Program-made: the position numbers and the translations under genes
Notes under the pieces: model-generated
Seen by the model: the letters and a program-made list of their open reading frames with translations, nothing else
Told to the model about the DNA's origin: nothing
Databases searched by the model: none
Shown here: piece by piece, positions 62,196 through 64,000 of the stretch
Numbering within the stretch: position 1 is the stretch's first letter
Layout: each line of letters opens with the position of its first letter
NCBI RefSeq assembly: GCF_036588685.1
Contig: NC_086380.1
Span: 37,944,001 to 38,008,000 of the forward strand
From: Mytilus trossulus
Lineage: Eukaryota
Direction of reading: 5' to 3'
Length of the DNA stretch: 64,000 nt

Positions 62196-64000
62196 AAATG
62201 TAAGTAGCATATATTTTTATTCGAAATTATTCATTATTCCAGAGACCTGCATATGATTTTTCCTGTTCCCCTATCAGTTTTGTTTTACGTGAAACTCCTG
62301 TTCACTGAACGAGGGGCGAAAGATACCAGAGGAACAGTCAAACTCATAAATAGAAAATAAACTGAAAACGCCGTGGCTAAAAATGAAAAAAAGACAAACA
62401 GACAAAGAACAGTACACATACAACAGCATAAAAACAAACGACTGAGTAACACGAATCCCACCAAAACTGGGGGTGATCTCAGGTGCTCCTATAATAAAAC
62501 CCATATTGATGTAAATTTATGAAGGAAATATATGTACATGTAATATGTTTTCTCAACATTTCTATATTTTTTTTATCTTATATATATGTTGGTAAGTATG
62601 ACTCATTCTGTATTGAAATTATTTTTTTCTTATTCAGGTGTGCCATACATGTATGTACAGAGTATTGTTTCAGCATTTTTTTTTCTTTGCTATTTTTTGC
62701 TATTGAAGGAAAATCCTGTAAGTATTTCGAAAATTTCATTATGTAGGGATCGGATAGTACTTTTTATGGATGATATATGATTTATATTTAGGTATAACAT
62801 TATTGGCTGAAAGTTATATCCTATTGTTTGGGATGTTTTTGTTTTTGTGTATAATGCTATTTTAGCATGTTAATAAGTTTGATATCTCACGTTGTCTTAC
62901 TACTGACGCCTGTATCATTTCAAGTTACACGTTGACAATTTAACATAGAAGCCTTAATAGTAGAACAGTGCTGTCCACTTTGCAATAGCAGATGCAATAT
63001 TATTACATTATATCATTATATATCCATTTGTTATTAAGTTGTCTATACTAAGATGGATACATGAATTGCATTTATTCATGATGTGGGGATGTTCTTTTAA
63101 CATACAGTAGATATCTAAAAGACAAACACGATTATTGTTCGTATATGTTTGTTCCGACGAAAAACGAAAGTACAATCGATAAAATGAAATACAAACTTTT
63201 ACATTTCCATTCTAAATTTTACACCACGCTTAGCAAAAATAAATAAGAATCTAAAATGCAAATACACCAAGGATGATCGAAATGCCGCAGTATGATATTC
63301 ATGTCTTCCCAACTACTAACCTTCTTGTGTAGTGCGAATTCGGTTATAAGACTCATTCGATTATGCCAGTATTTACGAGAATAGGATTCCGTGATAAAGA
63401 GGAGAATAGAATTTTACAAATCCTATTCATTATGTTAGTTTTCTTTTCCCGAGTTGTTTTTACTAAACACCCATAATAGGATTATTTTTGTATCCCTTGG
63501 TATTGATTGCATGTATCTTTTGTACATTTTGTGTGCCTTTCTTGTCTGTCTTTTTTTTCAAACAATCAAAACACACCGGCGTCATCAAAATGTAGATTGG
63601 TGATATCGTGCTTTATTTCAAGACCTAATTATTAGCAGACTTCACGGTTCAGCTAACAAACAGGCTAACCAAAGATATTACCTTTGCCTACACACTCAAT
63701 TAACGTTGCCTACACACTCAATGAAATTGGCTATTAACCACCTGAGTTCACTCGTGCATGAACTCAATATCCCAATCGAACCGATCTTACTATAATCACT
63801 TTAATAAACAAAACACGTGGTGTTAACTATAAACAAACAACATTTTACATGTTCGATTTTAAACAACTTTGATAAATACATTTTGTGTTTTGTGTGCTAT
63901 TGCTTTTCTGTTTTGCCTTTTTTACTTTTTTAGCCAGTTATTTTTGATTTATGAGTAAGATTGTCCTCCTAGTATATTTCGCCCCTCTTTGTCAGGCAAG

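Overview
AT-rich, intron- and repeat-rich eukaryotic DNA. The repeat families and hammerhead retrozyme fragments suggest a bivalve such as Mytilus (inference). Most ORF-track calls are spurious, and the real genes are spliced. Main content: (1) a multi-exon single-pass membrane protein gene with an Ig-like ectodomain (33-~10725, +); (2) a full-length, apparently young PAT-like DIRS-group tyrosine-recombinase retrotransposon (11969-16923) with identical split direct repeats A1...B1-A2-B2, gag, RT-RNaseH-methyltransferase-like and YR ORFs, a palindromic B/A junction and A/B complementarity; (3) a complete two-gene spliced PIF/Harbinger transposon (26400-34045, 26-bp TIRs, CTG TSD) nested with a decayed Penelope-like RT inside an older 12-kb TIR element (25705-37806), whose empty site survives in a neighbouring duplicate; (4) a 5'-truncated BEL/Pao LTR retrotransposon (-, ~47838-51200); (5) three hammerhead ribozyme/retrozyme remnants, a 1.8-kb fold-back, Helentron-type (HINE) elements and many MITE/SINE-like repeats. 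All coordinates were read by eye; no database searches were run.
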